Positions 17,348 through 26,301 of a stretch of DNA of 64,000 nt are shown here, in pieces; the stretch's first letter is position 1, and each line of letters starts with the position of its first letter. The notes under the pieces were generated by a model. It did not search any database. It saw nothing but the letters and a program-made list of their open reading frames with translations, and was not told where the DNA came from. Made by a program: the position numbers and the translations under genes. Source of the stretch: Candidatus Babeliales bacterium (GTDB lineage: Bacteria > Babelota > Babeliae > Babelales > JANWKD01); contig CAVXJH010000006.1 of the NCBI GenBank assembly GCA_963762115.1, forward strand, positions 64,001 to 128,000, read 5' to 3'.

Positions 17348-20086
17348 CTAAAACTTCCACCGCATTTCAATTTCACCACCCAGGTCACCGCGTTCATCGC
17401 GAATGCCGCGAATGGCAATATCATCAGCAAAGAAATATTCAACTTCAAGCTTTATATCTTCGGGCAAACTAAAGTTTCTTTGAATTGTGCCATGCAGTTG
17501 ATCATTCACTTCAATTTCAATCGCGCCACGAAAGCCGCCACGGCCTTGAGGGTCAAAAAATTTCGGCACAAAACGAATGTGCTTCAGAGGACCAAGAAGG
17601 TTTTTGAAATACCGCTCTAGTTTTGAAGATGATTGCTCAGGACCAAAGAGAACATTCTGCATACTTTGCATGATAACTGAAGGTACCACTAAACTTAACG
17701 AACCCTCTTCTGAACCAGCCAATAATAACGTGATTATTTGTTCCTCGGTGAGGGGCGGGGTTGATTCAAAAGAAATATGTGGATTTTGCAAAGAACCATC
17801 ACAACGCATAACAATATGATATTTTCGAATCATGCCTTTTGCTACCAAGTCAACAAGAGGATCAAAAAGTTGATTAGGAAGAAAATAAATTGTCGCATTG
17901 GTGATTGTTAATGGTTTATAAGGAAATGCCAAAACACCTCGCTCTAAGTTTAATGCCCCTGAAACACGTGGGTTTTGTGATGTTCCTTGCACGGCAATGT
18001 TTAATCGCGCATTTGCCTCTAAGAATGATGTTTTTACTTGTAATGAATCTTTAGTTTGCACCGTAAGGTCAATAGCACATTGATGTTGATCATCAGCGAC
18101 TTTTGACCGCGATAAAAATGAAAAGTTTTGTTGTTGCGCTACTAATGAAAAAATATTTTTTTTCATATATGCCTTATCGATGATCACTGAACCTTGCAAA
18201 GCAGGCATACTATTTTTTACGTGCGTCCAAATAATATGCCCTGAGAGCAAGGCAAAAAAATCTTTATCAAGAGCCAATAATGTTTTTTGCAAAGAACAGG
18301 GAAAATACATATAAGAAATAGTTGCATCAGAATCAAATTCAATAATTGCTCGCTTTGTTTCAAGAGCACCGCGATCAAGTTCAAGCCTAGCTTGATGTAT
18401 TACCATTTTCCTTGTTGTAACATCAAAAGTAAGTGAACTTTGTAGCCCACGAATAAGATTATATATTCCTGGAATGCGAATATTACTGTTTTCTGTTGCA
18501 ATCTTTAAGTCTAGCTTTTCAGAGGCTAACTCACCTGAAAATAAAAATTTTCCCTCACCAGGAATCTTATTGGCACATACAAAATCAACACAATTTTGTA
18601 GCAACTGATACTCAATAACTCCTTGAAATTGGTGCCAATCTTCTTTTTTTGTCGTTAATGAAAAGAGATTTTTGGCAGCAGAATCCTGATAATGCATTTG
18701 CAGCAATGTTTGCGTTGGCATCAAATTAATTGCTACATCAAAAGGACTTTCGTTAATCTTACCTGATGCGTTATAATGACAATTCGACCCTTGTAAAATT
18801 CCTTGAGCATCAATCGGCATATTTTTTTCATCATGCTCAGCATGCACAGCAAAAGCAACAGAACATGAACCACTCAAACTAAAATCGGCTTGCAAAGAAA
18901 GACCATGCGGCTCAATTTTATATGATGCCTGAGAAATAAGTAGGGGAGAATTATTGGAAAAATGCACATTTCCTTGCCCTGTTTCAGGATTGATTGACCA
19001 TATGCCCTCAATATTTTTTTGTTCATTACTACCTACACAAAAATCGCCAAACCATTTTTGATTATCAAGCGTAAAACTACTCTGTAATGATCCTAGAATG
19101 TTTCCCACGTAAGGAATATCATTAATTTCTAAATTTCCCTGAATAGCAAGACAATCATTATACGTAATATGCGCTTTCACGTTACCAATACCATCAAGCG
19201 TAGAAGCATCGGGGAGTATATTTTTTTGTAAAAAGCTCAGTGGCGTACTCATAACAAGATCACCGGCAACATTTTTTTTATCAGTTAGTTGTATGTCATT
19301 TACCCCAATAAAAAAAGAATCTTCGTGGTTATGCAACACAAAAGATCCTTGCGTTTCTTGCCAGTTACCCTGATAAGAACAATATTGTTTTGTCACCTCT
19401 AAATCAGGAAAGAGTACATTTCCTTGCACCTGCAGCGTAACACAAGGATCTTCGATATTTTTTACAAAAATTTTTGTAAGAAACGACCAATCTTTGCAAA
19501 ACTTTTTATGTCCTTGTTGTATTGCACCATCAATTGCCGAAAGGTCAATTTTTATATTTTTATTATTCATATAGGTATGTAAATTAAATTGAGTTACATA
19601 ATGAACATCATGCTCATAATCATCTAAGCCAAAATGTCCTTTTGTTACATGCAATTCTTGCAATCCTACAGGAAATCCTTCTGCGCCTCCCATCAAGCGC
19701 AGTAAATGATGAACAATGCCAATATCACAACCTTTTAATCGCGATTGTGCGTTCACTTGCTCTAATACAACGGTTAAATTAAATCCTAATGTCACCAAAA
19801 AATTTAACCAAGAAAAACTAAGATTAAATTTTTTTGCATGCCATTCCCACTCACCCTTTTCATCTGATAGTGTTGAAACATTATGTAACTCAATCTCACC
19901 ACCAAGAATATCAATTTTTGATACCGTACCATTCAAACAACAAGAAAATGTTTCTGCAAAAATAGTTTTCAAATTTTTTTCTAAAAATTTTTTAAACGCA
20001 TCATCATGCTCAAGCAAATAAAAAAATAATTTTATACCAAGAAAAATAATCAAAAACAGCTGCAAAAAAAACCTAATTTTCCTCAT
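17348..20086 (-). CDS. tamB: Translocation and assembly module TamB (DUF490) family protein
   Basis: N-terminal TM anchor; beta-rich body; C-terminal GTSQNPRVSG...FESTPPLTEEQIITLLL...EMRWKF; ATGA overlap with the upstream gene. Confidence 0.8.
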   Translation of the reverse strand: MRKIRFFLQLFLIIFLGIKLFFYLLEHDDAFKKFLEKNLKTIFAETFSCCLNGTVSKIDILGGEIELHNVSTLSDEKGEWEWHAKKFNLSFSWLNFLVTLGFNLTVVLEQVNAQSRLKGCDIGIVHHLLRLMGGAEGFPVGLQELHVTKGHFGLDDYEHDVHYVTQFNLHTYMNNKNIKIDLSAIDGAIQQGHKKFCKDWSFLTKIFVKNIEDPCVTLQVQGNVLFPDLEVTKQYCSYQGNWQETQGSFVLHNHEDSFFIGVNDIQLTDKKNVAGDLVMSTPLSFLQKNILPDASTLDGIGNVKAHITYNDCLAIQGNLEINDIPYVGNILGSLQSSFTLDNQKWFGDFCVGSNEQKNIEGIWSINPETGQGNVHFSNNSPLLISQASYKIEPHGLSLQADFSLSGSCSVAFAVHAEHDEKNMPIDAQGILQGSNCHYNASGKINESPFDVAINLMPTQTLLQMHYQDSAAKNLFSLTTKKEDWHQFQGVIEYQLLQNCVDFVCANKIPGEGKFLFSGELASEKLDLKIATENSNIRIPGIYNLIRGLQSSLTFDVTTRKMVIHQARLELDRGALETKRAIIEFDSDATISYMYFPCSLQKTLLALDKDFFALLSGHIIWTHVKNSMPALQGSVIIDKAYMKKNIFSLVAQQQNFSFLSRSKVADDQHQCAIDLTVQTKDSLQVKTSFLEANARLNIAVQGTSQNPRVSGALNLERGVLAFPYKPLTITNATIYFLPNQLFDPLVDLVAKGMIRKYHIVMRCDGSLQNPHISFESTPPLTEEQIITLLLAGSEEGSLSLVVPSVIMQSMQNVLFGPEQSSSKLERYFKNLLGPLKHIRFVPKFFDPQGRGGFRGAIEIEVNDQLHGTIQRNFSLPEDIKLEVEYFFADDIAIRGIRDERGDLGGEIEMRWKF

Positions 20087-20622
20087 GAAAGACATTTCCA
20101 CACAGAATCATAGCGATATATACGCAGAAAAGAAATATGAGAAATTGGTGATGTTATGGCATACGTCAATTTTTTCTCTGCATCCACCAAATATAAAGTG
20201 CCAGCAGAAATTGAACCATCGGGTGAAAATACCACCGTATTATTTTTGAAGGTGATACCCTTATTGATACGTGTTTGTGGATGTGATGGCGGACCATAAC
20301 AGTTTGGCACAGAGCCAAATTGTATACCAAAAGGTAATGTTTGTTTATAGTTGTCAGAAAAATAGCTTGATGTCCGTTCATCAAAGGTCAATTTTTGCTC
20401 AGTTTGCATGACACATGCTCGCTGTTGAAAATAACGAAACAGCACCGCCAATTTTTCAACTTCAGCATGCATGAGCTGCTTTCGCAGTAGATTGCTATGA
20501 GATAATGATAAGGTAATTATAAGCACTAACAATGCTAATACTATACCAATTTGTATCAGTAAAAATCCTTCAACGTGGTTTTGCTTATAATTCTTCTTGC
20601 TCACCCTCAATCGTTGCAACAC
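20083..20622 (-). CDS. Prepilin-like minor pseudopilin (GspH/FimT-like)
   Basis: G|FLLIQ followed by a hydrophobic helix; VVFSPDGSISAGTLYL. Confidence 0.7.
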   Translation of the reverse strand: MLQRLRVSKKNYKQNHVEGFLLIQIGIVLALLVLIITLSLSHSNLLRKQLMHAEVEKLAVLFRYFQQRACVMQTEQKLTFDERTSSYFSDNYKQTLPFGIQFGSVPNCYGPPSHPQTRINKGITFKNNTVVFSPDGSISAGTLYLVDAEKKLTYAITSPISHISFLRIYRYDSVWKCLS

Positions 20623-22297
20623 GGAGCACCTCTTCCGGCGTTGTTATTCCCTCTTTAATTTTTCTCACACCATCTTGCACTAATAAGGTCATACCTTCTG
20701 ATACAGCTTGTTTACGAATAACAGCCATATCAGCCTTTGCAATAGTTAATTTTGCAATCTCATTAGACATTTCCATGATTTCAAAAATTGCCACACGACC
20801 TTTATAACCACCAACACATTCGTCACAACCAACAGCTTTATAAAAAATAATGGAAGCGGCTTGTAATTTAGGTATGCCAAGTAATTTAAGCACATCATCA
20901 TCAGGCTTATAAGGCTGCTTTGATTTATCACATAATTTACGCACAAGTCGTTGCGCTAATACTGAGACAATCGAAGAAGCAATCAAAAATGGCTCAATGC
21001 CCATATCAATCAAACGCGTAATTGTTGCCGGAGCATTATTAGTGTGAATGGTACTTAATACTAAGTGACCTGTTAATGCCGCTTGAATTGCAATTTGCGC
21101 TGTTTCTTGGTCACGCGTTTCACCAATCATCACAATATCAGGATCTTGTCGCAATATAGCTCGTAATGCGGCAGCAAAGGTGAGACCAACTTTTGCGTTC
21201 ACGGCAACTTGAGCTACACCAGCCATTTGATACTCAACGGGATCTTCAACGGTGATAAGATTAACTTCAGGTCGATTCAACTTACTTACAATTGAATACA
21301 GCGTTGAGGTTTTACCAGAACCCGTTGGACCAGAAACTAAAATAATGCCATTTGAACGGGCAGTGCTTTTCATAATAACGTCAAAATCACGCGGGCTAAA
21401 ACCTAAATCCTGCAGTTTCCCAAATGTTTTTGATTTATCAAGTAAACGCATTACAATTCGTTCGCCAAAATTTACCGGTAAAACGTTTACACGAATATCA
21501 ATTGTTTTGTCAGCAACTTTTATTTGAATTCTACCATCTTGCGGCAATCTTTTTTCAGCAATGTTCATGTGTGCCATAATTTTTATACGAGAAACCAAAG
21601 CACCTTGCACCCGTTTTGGCGGCGTGAACGCTGGGTACATGATACCATCAACACGATAACGAACTCGTACTTCTTTTTCATACGGTTCAATATGAATATC
21701 CGAAGCACCACGCTTTACCGCCTGCACAAAAATATGATTCACCAACTTAATAATTGGTGCCTCACCGGCCATAGCTAAAATATCTTTTTCCCCAATCTCC
21801 TCAAATTCCATCGTTTCGGGACCACCACCTTTTTCCTCTTCAAGCTCTTCAATCATTTGCTTGGTTCCTTCAAGAGGATAATAACGATTAATACCGTCAA
21901 TAATTGTTTGCGGTGTAGCAAGGGCAATAGTGGCTGTACCACCTAACAACATATTTAATTCATCAAGAGGTTGATAATAATTAGGATTAGCCGTTAACAG
22001 GGTGATTGTTGTATCAAGCATTATTGGCATAACAATATTTTGACGCAAAAACTTTAAAGGAATTTTGGCCAATAAAGCAGGGTCGGCCATTTTCTCAGTA
22101 ACTTTATCAATAATTTGATAACCTGTTTGCTCTGAATATGCTCGAGCAATATCTTCTGCCGTAACATACTGTTGTCCAATTAAACAATCAGTAAACGGAA
22201 GACCTGTTTCACTCACACGAAGATGACACTCCTTGAGCTGCTCATCGTTTACTATTCCCTTATTGAGTAGAATTTCTTCTATAGTTTTTTTTGCCAT
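20585..22297 (-). CDS. gspE: Type II secretion/type IV pilus assembly ATPase (GspE/PilB)
   Basis: ASDIHIEP, LPQDGR, GPTGSGKT, LRQDPD, GHLVLSTIHTN and GYKGR motifs. Confidence 0.9.
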   Translation of the reverse strand: MAKKTIEEILLNKGIVNDEQLKECHLRVSETGLPFTDCLIGQQYVTAEDIARAYSEQTGYQIIDKVTEKMADPALLAKIPLKFLRQNIVMPIMLDTTITLLTANPNYYQPLDELNMLLGGTATIALATPQTIIDGINRYYPLEGTKQMIEELEEEKGGGPETMEFEEIGEKDILAMAGEAPIIKLVNHIFVQAVKRGASDIHIEPYEKEVRVRYRVDGIMYPAFTPPKRVQGALVSRIKIMAHMNIAEKRLPQDGRIQIKVADKTIDIRVNVLPVNFGERIVMRLLDKSKTFGKLQDLGFSPRDFDVIMKSTARSNGIILVSGPTGSGKTSTLYSIVSKLNRPEVNLITVEDPVEYQMAGVAQVAVNAKVGLTFAAALRAILRQDPDIVMIGETRDQETAQIAIQAALTGHLVLSTIHTNNAPATITRLIDMGIEPFLIASSIVSVLAQRLVRKLCDKSKQPYKPDDDVLKLLGIPKLQAASIIFYKAVGCDECVGGYKGRVAIFEIMEMSNEIAKLTIAKADMAVIRKQAVSEGMTLLVQDGVRKIKEGITTPEEVLRVATIEGEQEEL

Positions 22298-22478
22298 ACA
22301 ATTGCTCCAAAATAGCCAAAATTACTCGATATCGATAATTCTATTTTATTGTTCAAGAGAATATCTTGATCTCTAAGATACCAGATTTTTTTCAATTCTT
22401 GCTAGTCTTATGTGCTTGCCCCCTCTCGCGAGCTGTGTTAGGCTGAGTAAGTATATGTAAAAATTATCAACAATCACC

Positions 22479-23375
22479 ATGAGTAAAAATAAGAGTATGA
22501 TACCAGTACAATTGCTTTCTCTCTGCTTAATAAGCCTCATAATTTTCGTTTTTTCAGGCTGCACTCATCGTAGTACTTTACAACAAGAAGCAAAAAAAAA
22601 TGAACGGATGCCCCAAAGAGTCGTCACACAAGAGGAAAAACCAGTTCCTCCTATCGAACTTAAAAAAAACATTAAAACAATGACCCTTGAAGAATTACAA
22701 AAAGCCAAAGAATATTACCTTGCTATAAATAATAAAACAAATGCCATAACCTATCTTGAACAAATCATTACTATTTCATCCGATCAACAACTCTTAAAAG
22801 ATTTTAGACTTGAACTTGCTGATCTTTATTTTGATCAAGGCACCATTGGTAAAGCAAATAAAATGTACACCTCATATTTGGCATTATATCCAGGCAGCGA
22901 ACATCGCGCATATGCTCATTATCGCGCAATTTTATGTCGATTTTATGAAACATTCTCACCAGACCGAGATCAAACACGAACAGAAGAAACATTAATTTTA
23001 ACGCAAGAATATCTCAATCGCTCGATAACCGATAAAGAATTTTACACTGCTTATGTTACTGATGTTGAAAACATTCAAAAACAATGCTGTAAAAAATTAT
23101 TTGAACATGATAGGGACATTTTCAGATTTTATTATAAAAAAGGTAATTATAAAGCAGCCGATGTTCATTTGGCATACATGAAAAAAAACTATTCAAAATT
23201 ATATAAAGAATCAGAACCAGAATTATTAACACTCGAATGTTCTGTTGCAGAACAAAAGCATGATACAACCCTGTTACTAGCAAAACAAACTGAATTAAAA
23301 CAAAAATTTCCTGCTTATCATGCAACAATGCTAGCGCAACAACAACCTAAGAAAAGTTATGGAAATCGCTTCTAA
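22479..23375 (+). CDS. bamD: Outer membrane assembly lipoprotein BamD
   Basis: Lipobox FSG|C; TPR helices; YPGS...AHY and DRDQTRT motifs. Confidence 0.8.
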   Translation: MSKNKSMIPVQLLSLCLISLIIFVFSGCTHRSTLQQEAKKNERMPQRVVTQEEKPVPPIELKKNIKTMTLEELQKAKEYYLAINNKTNAITYLEQIITISSDQQLLKDFRLELADLYFDQGTIGKANKMYTSYLALYPGSEHRAYAHYRAILCRFYETFSPDRDQTRTEETLILTQEYLNRSITDKEFYTAYVTDVENIQKQCCKKLFEHDRDIFRFYYKKGNYKAADVHLAYMKKNYSKLYKESEPELLTLECSVAEQKHDTTLLLAKQTELKQKFPAYHATMLAQQQPKKSYGNRF

Positions 23376-23757
23376 AAAAACAACCTCACCTTTGACCATA
23401 TTTGGCAATCAAGGTGAGGCATTCACGGTAGAATGGCTTAAAAAAAATCAGTATACGATTCTTGCCTGCAATTATCGTACCAAATATGGTGAAATTGATA
23501 TTATCGCACAACAAAAAGATGTCATTGCCTTTATAGAAGTAAAATTACGCTCATGCAATTATTTTAATCTTTCAGAAGTTATTACCTACTCAAAACAAAA
23601 AAAGATTATTGCAACCGCACAACATTATTATTTACATTATCTACAAGACAAAGGTCCTTTAATTTTGCGCTTCGATGTTGCCTTATTGCACACACAAAAC
23701 GATGCGTTTTCTTTGGAATATATACCCAACGCTTTTACCAAACGAAGTAACTGGTAA
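23359..23757 (+). CDS. yraN: YraN/UPF0102 family endonuclease
   Basis: GEIDIIA...FIEVK and RFDV motifs. Confidence 0.92.
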   Translation: MEIASKKTTSPLTIFGNQGEAFTVEWLKKNQYTILACNYRTKYGEIDIIAQQKDVIAFIEVKLRSCNYFNLSEVITYSKQKKIIATAQHYYLHYLQDKGPLILRFDVALLHTQNDAFSLEYIPNAFTKRSNW

Positions 23758-23762
23758 CACAC

Positions 23763-24428
23763 ATGAAACTATTAAAATATGAATTGGTACAACGCAGCAT
23801 TACAGCATTGGTGCTCAGTTTTTTTGGCATCTATATTTTCTTTTTTCTTCCTGCTTGGTGCTTTTCACTGCTCATTTTCCTAGCAGGTCTCTACACAGTT
23901 CTTAATGAAATGCCCCGCTTAATTCCCTACAAAGGCATATTGTTTTGGCTCATAGCGTTTTTCTATCCCATTATTCCATTTCTCATGGTCATAGCCCTTA
24001 ACCAACAATCTGACTATCGCATGCTCGTTTTTGTTGCAATTCTTGCTGTTTGCGCAAATGATATCGGCGCTTATTGTTCAGGAAAAATGTGGGGAAAACA
24101 CAAAATATATCCTGCAATAAGCCCCAAAAAAACGTGGGAAGGATTTATCGGCGGATTTTTTTTCACCGTAAGCACACTCATATGTTTTGCCTTCATTACT
24201 CATAAAAAAGTTGATTTCGGCACCCTTATCATACTAAGTTTTCTCTTTTCGTTCATTGGAACAAGTGGCGATTTCTTTGAATCTTGGTTAAAGCGCAAAG
24301 CAAAAGTTAAAGATAGCGGAACGCTTCTGCCTGGGCATGGCGGATTGCTTGATCGTTTTGATAGTCTTTTATTTGTCATTATTTTTGTATTTTTTTGTAA
24401 GGAATTGTTAGTAAAAAAACTTTTATAA
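23763..24428 (+). CDS. cdsA: Phosphatidate cytidylyltransferase
   Basis: ISPKKTWEG and KDSGTLLPGHGGLLDRFDS motifs. Confidence 0.95.
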   Translation: MKLLKYELVQRSITALVLSFFGIYIFFFLPAWCFSLLIFLAGLYTVLNEMPRLIPYKGILFWLIAFFYPIIPFLMVIALNQQSDYRMLVFVAILAVCANDIGAYCSGKMWGKHKIYPAISPKKTWEGFIGGFFFTVSTLICFAFITHKKVDFGTLIILSFLFSFIGTSGDFFESWLKRKAKVKDSGTLLPGHGGLLDRFDSLLFVIIFVFFCKELLVKKLL

Positions 24429-24438
24429 GAGGCAAAAA

Positions 24439-25206
24439 ATGAAATTTCTAGTTTATATTTTCTATGCATTCTTGTTCTTACCAGTCTTTCTCATACAAAC
24501 CATGGAAAAAGAAATTGAGATTTTTCAACCAAAATCATTACAAGAACTATGCATAAAATCATTTTATGCAAATTATCCCCAAGGTAAGAAAAAAAACAAT
24601 AACAATAAAGGGGCTGATAAAACTTTTTCTTCAGAAAATATTAATAATCTCAATAAAAAACTTCCCCTCGAACTGTACCCAAACATCGCATATCATGTTT
24701 TAAAAACCAAAAAAATTGCCATGCATCGCAAATATGCAATCATTTGTTTCTTGAGAGATCATCCAGCTAAACTGAATGAACAATCAAAAAAAATACTACA
24801 GTTTTTTGCTCGCTTTATTGATGGTAGGAATTATTATTGCAGTCGATTATTATCAGTTGCTCTTAAAAACACGGTTGAACCATACATATTTAACTATCTA
24901 TTACAAAGTGGTGAAAAGCCTGACAATCTCATCGTTTGGCACCTTATTGGTGATGAACAACATCATCCAAATATCCATAATTATATGATCGAAAAATTAG
25001 CTTTTTTGCTTAAAGAAAATCCGCCCCTTGAACCTAAAAATCAAAATTCAGAAATAATGCCTCTAGAATATGCACAAGATATGCTCAAGCGTTGGAGCGA
25101 TAAAAAGGGCACAAGTTCATTTGAAGAACAAGAAATTGAAAAATATAAAGATTTTTATACCCAAGTTGTCGCTTTATTCAATACATACTCACAAAAAGTA
25201 GAATAG
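24439..25206 (+). CDS. Secreted hypothetical protein with BC-box/cullin-box-like motif
   Basis: Signal IQT|ME; PKSLQELCIKSF...LPLEL. Confidence 0.72.
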   Translation: MKFLVYIFYAFLFLPVFLIQTMEKEIEIFQPKSLQELCIKSFYANYPQGKKKNNNNKGADKTFSSENINNLNKKLPLELYPNIAYHVLKTKKIAMHRKYAIICFLRDHPAKLNEQSKKILQFFARFIDGRNYYCSRLLSVALKNTVEPYIFNYLLQSGEKPDNLIVWHLIGDEQHHPNIHNYMIEKLAFLLKENPPLEPKNQNSEIMPLEYAQDMLKRWSDKKGTSSFEEQEIEKYKDFYTQVVALFNTYSQKVE

Positions 25207-25312
25207 ATCGTTCTATTAGATTGTTTTATTTTCTATATTTGTTACCATTATTCCTAGTTTTTTACATAACTATTTATTTTTTTTATTATTTTCTTTAAGA
25301 AAGACAACTTTT

Positions 25313-25507
25313 ATGAATTTATTTTCTGTTATAATTTTTGTGTTCTTATTTTTACCCATTCATCTTCACGCAATGGATTATCCTGGTGTATCTAACATAA
25401 AACAACAAATCCATTTTTCTCCATCTCGTCCAACAATTACTTCTTCGCATCAAATAAAACAAACACCTAACAAAGCAACACCGATGAACAAGAAAAAAAT
25501 CAACTAA
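25313..25507 (+). CDS. Small secreted protein or gene remnant
   Basis: Signal LHA|MD; 64 aa. Confidence 0.5.
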   Translation: MNLFSVIIFVFLFLPIHLHAMDYPGVSNIKQQIHFSPSRPTITSSHQIKQTPNKATPMNKKKIN

Positions 25508-25535
25508 TTTTGATTCTCTTTTTTTCATAGCATAT

Positions 25536-25925
25536 CTATTTTCTTAAGAGTACAAATAAAAGCAAAAAATTAATGACATACAACGCTGTGCACAAAATGC
25601 ACAGTGATTTAATTCTAAAATAAAGCAAATAAGCAAGAAAACACGACATAACACAACCACCAAGAACAATAACCATAAGAAATGGTTTGAGCTGCAACAT
25701 CCCCAAAATAAAAATCAAAGCATAAAATATAAGTGCAAGCAATGCATTCGAAACATAAAAAAGTGACGCATAAAAACTTTTCATTGGCTTTGTACACGAA
25801 ATTTTATCAGAAATATCACACATTGGTTTATAGTGTGGCATTTTTTTTACTTTTTGCTCGAGTAAATAAGTATATAATGAAATTCCAAAACCGAGCACAG
25901 AAAGAATCATAACGTCAATCATCAT
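25536..25925 (-). CDS. Vitamin K epoxide reductase (VKOR) family protein
   Basis: CDISDKISC loop cysteines; CILC active site; 4 TM segments. Confidence 0.88.
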   Translation of the reverse strand: MMIDVMILSVLGFGISLYTYLLEQKVKKMPHYKPMCDISDKISCTKPMKSFYASLFYVSNALLALIFYALIFILGMLQLKPFLMVIVLGGCVMSCFLAYLLYFRIKSLCILCTALYVINFLLLFVLLRK

Positions 25926-26051
25926 ATTTTTATCCTTTTTTTAAATACTGATCTTTTTTGTTGTACCATAAATACACCATGCAAACCAAGCTTTTAAAAA
26001 ATTAATTTTTCAACATGAACTCAATAGATAAAAGCATCTGATCAAATTAAT

Positions 26052-26229
26052 CGAAATGTCATTGCGAGCCAACGTTGTTGGCGTGGCAACCCAGATTATA
26101 ATGTTCTAATAAATAAAATTCCTAAAATCAAAAATTTATTGAATCAATAAATCAAACCAATAAGAAAAAATAAAAAGAATTTTATAATCTGGGTTCCCAC
26201 GGCACAATGTGCCTCGGAATGACATTTCG
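26052..26229. repeat. REP/RPE-like palindromic element
   Basis: Paired arms CGAAATGTCATTGCGAG / CTCGGAATGACATTTCG and GTGGCAACCCAGATTATAA / TTATAATCTGGGTTCCCAC, plus two side hairpins. Confidence 0.85.
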
Positions 26230-26301
26230 GTACATTGTTAGTTACATTTGATTATTAAGCACTCTAAATTTTTCGTCTGATTCATGTTATTCAATAATAT
26301 C

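Noticed and set aside
12729..17443. CRISPR array or classical integron as explanation for the repeats
   Set aside because: The repeats are 59-96-bp copies of coding sequence with kb-scale gene-bearing spacers. There are no cas or intI genes and no attC-type palindromic boxes.
22380..22460. Locally GC-rich intergenic stretch between gspE and bamD as a possible ncRNA or tRNA
   Set aside because: No cloverleaf or recognisable RNA family structure; most likely divergent promoter sequence.
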